Shown here piece by piece: positions 60,904 through 62,671 of a stretch of DNA of 62,671 nt. The stretch's first letter is position 1; each line of letters starts with the position of its first letter. The DNA is taken from assembly GCA_947442825.1 (NCBI GenBank), contig CANEWU010000001.1, forward strand, positions 1 to 62,671, read 5' to 3'. The DNA is from Synechococcaceae cyanobacterium. Lineage in GTDB: Bacteria > Cyanobacteriota > Cyanobacteriia > PCC-6307 > Cyanobiaceae. The position numbers were made by a program, and so were the translations under genes. The notes below the pieces were generated by a model. It did not search any database. It worked only from the letters and a program-made list of their open reading frames with translations, and had not been told where the DNA came from.

Positions 60904-62484
60904 TTGTTTGCCGCCAAGGCCTCCCGCGACCTGCGCGGCTTCCTCACGCTGCTGGAGCAGCGGGGCAAGCTGCGGCGCATCACGGCCCCGGTCAACCCCG
61001 ACCTGGAACTGGCGGCGATCGCCGACCGGGTGCTCGCGGCGGGAGGGCCGGCCCTGCTGTTCGAGAACGTGGTCGGCAGCACGATTCCGGTGGCGATCAA
61101 CCTGCTGGGCACCCAGGAGCGGGTGCTGTGGAGCCTGGGGATGGAGCGGGCCGAGGAACTCGAGGCGCTGGGGGAGAAGCTGGCCCTGCTGCAGCAGCCC
61201 CGACCGCCGAAGGGCGTGCGGGAAGCCGTGCGCTTCGGCTCGGTGCTCTGGGATGTGGTGAAGGCCCGGCCGGATCTCGACCTCACCCCCCCCTGCCGCC
61301 AGGTGGTGCAGCGAGGCGAGGCGGTGAACCTCGATGCGCTGCCCCTGCTGCGCCCGTGGCCCGGCGACGGCGGCCGGATCATCACCCTCGGCCTGGTGAT
61401 CACCAAAGATCCTGAGACCGGTACCCCCAACGTGGGCGTCTACCGGCTGCAACAGCAGTCGCGCAACACCATGACGGTGCATTGGCTGAGCGTGCGGGGG
61501 GGGGCGCGGCACCTACGCAAGGCGGCAGCCCTGGGCAAACCCCTGGAGATCGCCATCGCCATCGGCGTACACCCGCTGCTGGTGCTGGCGGCGGCCACCC
61601 CGATCCCCGTGCAGCTGAGCGAATGGCTGTTTGCTGGGCTCTACGCCGGTGAGGGGGTGCGACTCACCAAATGCAAGACACTCAACCTGGAGGTGCCAAG
61701 CCACAGCGAAATCGTGTTGGAGGGCACGATCACACCGGGCGAAGAGCTGGCTGATGGTCCCTTCGGCGACCACATGGGCTTTTACGGCGGCGTGGAAGCT
61801 TCGCCGCTCGTGCGCATCCAGTGCGTCACGCACCGCCGCGATCCGATCTACTTCACCACGTTCAGCGGCCGTCCGCCGAAGGAGGACGCAATGCTCGCCA
61901 TCGCCCTCAACCGCATCTACACACCGATCCTGAGGCAGCAGATCCCGGAGATCATCGATTTCTTCCTGCCGATGGAGGGACTCAGCTACAAGTTGGCGGT
62001 GATTGCGATCGACAAGGCCTATCCGGGCCAGGCGAAACGGGCGGCGCTGGCGTTCTGGAGCGCCCTGCCCCAGTTCACGTACACCAAGTTCGTGGTGGTG
62101 GTGGACCGAACCATCAACATCCGCGATCCGCGCCAGGTGATCTGGGCGATCAGCGCCCAGGTGGATCCGCAGCGCGACCTGTTCGTGTTGGAAGACACTC
62201 CCTTCGACACCCTCGATTTCGCCAGCGAGCGGCTGGGCCTGGGCGGCCGCCTGGCGATCGATGCCACCACCAAAATCGGACCGGAGCGCCGCCACGACTG
62301 GGGGGAGCCGCTGCAGCGCCCAGCGGAGCTGGAGGCAAGGCTTGATGGGCGTTGGAGCGAGCTGGGACTGGCGGATGTGGATGGGTCTGCGCCCGATCCG
62401 GCCCTGTTCGGCTACACCCTCGAGCATGTGCTGGAGCGGCTGATCAACGCCCCGCCGGTGGCCGCCGGAGCGAAGCGGCGGTGA
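60904..62484 (+). CDS. ubiD: UbiD-family decarboxylase (start uncertain; ORF open from 60781)
   Basis: [37 protein letters not shown]. Confidence 0.93.
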   Translation: MFAAKASRDLRGFLTLLEQRGKLRRITAPVNPDLELAAIADRVLAAGGPALLFENVVGSTIPVAINLLGTQERVLWSLGMERAEELEALGEKLALLQQPRPPKGVREAVRFGSVLWDVVKARPDLDLTPPCRQVVQRGEAVNLDALPLLRPWPGDGGRIITLGLVITKDPETGTPNVGVYRLQQQSRNTMTVHWLSVRGGARHLRKAAALGKPLEIAIAIGVHPLLVLAAATPIPVQLSEWLFAGLYAGEGVRLTKCKTLNLEVPSHSEIVLEGTITPGEELADGPFGDHMGFYGGVEASPLVRIQCVTHRRDPIYFTTFSGRPPKEDAMLAIALNRIYTPILRQQIPEIIDFFLPMEGLSYKLAVIAIDKAYPGQAKRAALAFWSALPQFTYTKFVVVVDRTINIRDPRQVIWAISAQVDPQRDLFVLEDTPFDTLDFASERLGLGGRLAIDATTKIGPERRHDWGEPLQRPAELEARLDGRWSELGLADVDGSAPDPALFGYTLEHVLERLINAPPVAAGAKRR

Positions 62485-62671
62485 TCGGGCGCGCCGGCGT
62501 GGTGGCGCTGAGGGCTCTGCTGGCGATGGTGGAGGAACCGGAGCGCTGGCGTTCGGGCTCCGAGCTGGCGCTGGAGCAGGGGTTGCCCGCCCCCTTCCTC
62601 GAGCAGGTGCTGCTGCGGCTGCGGCGGGCCGGGCTGCTGGAGGCCCGGCGTGGACGGCACGGTGGCTACCG
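62481..62671 (+). CDS. Rrf2 family transcriptional regulator, 3' truncated by window
   Basis: GTG overlapping ubiD stop; own translation [14 protein letters not shown]...FLEQVLLRLRRAGLLEARRGRHGGY. Confidence 0.85.
   Translation, partial: MIGRAGVVALRALLAMVEEPERWRSGSELALEQGLPAPFLEQVLLRLRRAGLLEARRGRHGGY

Overview
GC-rich, gene-dense chromosomal segment of a picocyanobacterium (Cyanobium/Synechococcus cluster 5-like; inferred from apcF, psb28, GUN4, PAM68, an unsplit dnaE and gene order). Mostly core genes: glnA with a canonical NtcA promoter, secDF, pdhB, ispE, rsmA, umuC with a LexA box, dnaG, ruvA, rpsO, dnaE, gatA, rlmB, carA, trpD, msrA, tRNA-Pro(GGG), acs, sds, murI, an amidase, comB and ubiD. 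I see no CRISPR array, transposase, integrase or prophage, and no clear novel multi-gene system. Best leads: (1) a GAF-GGDEF protein with a dead active site (GDSAF) but intact RxxD I-site next to an HpsJ-like gene; (2) a membrane-anchored NB-ARC/TPR protein with a degenerate P-loop; (3) a 31-aa single-TM microprotein absent from the ORF track; (4) a double-hairpin/U-tract element just upstream of trpD; (5) a murI that looks non-picocyanobacterial. Family names come from motif recognition and memory, not database searches, and several start codons are uncertain.
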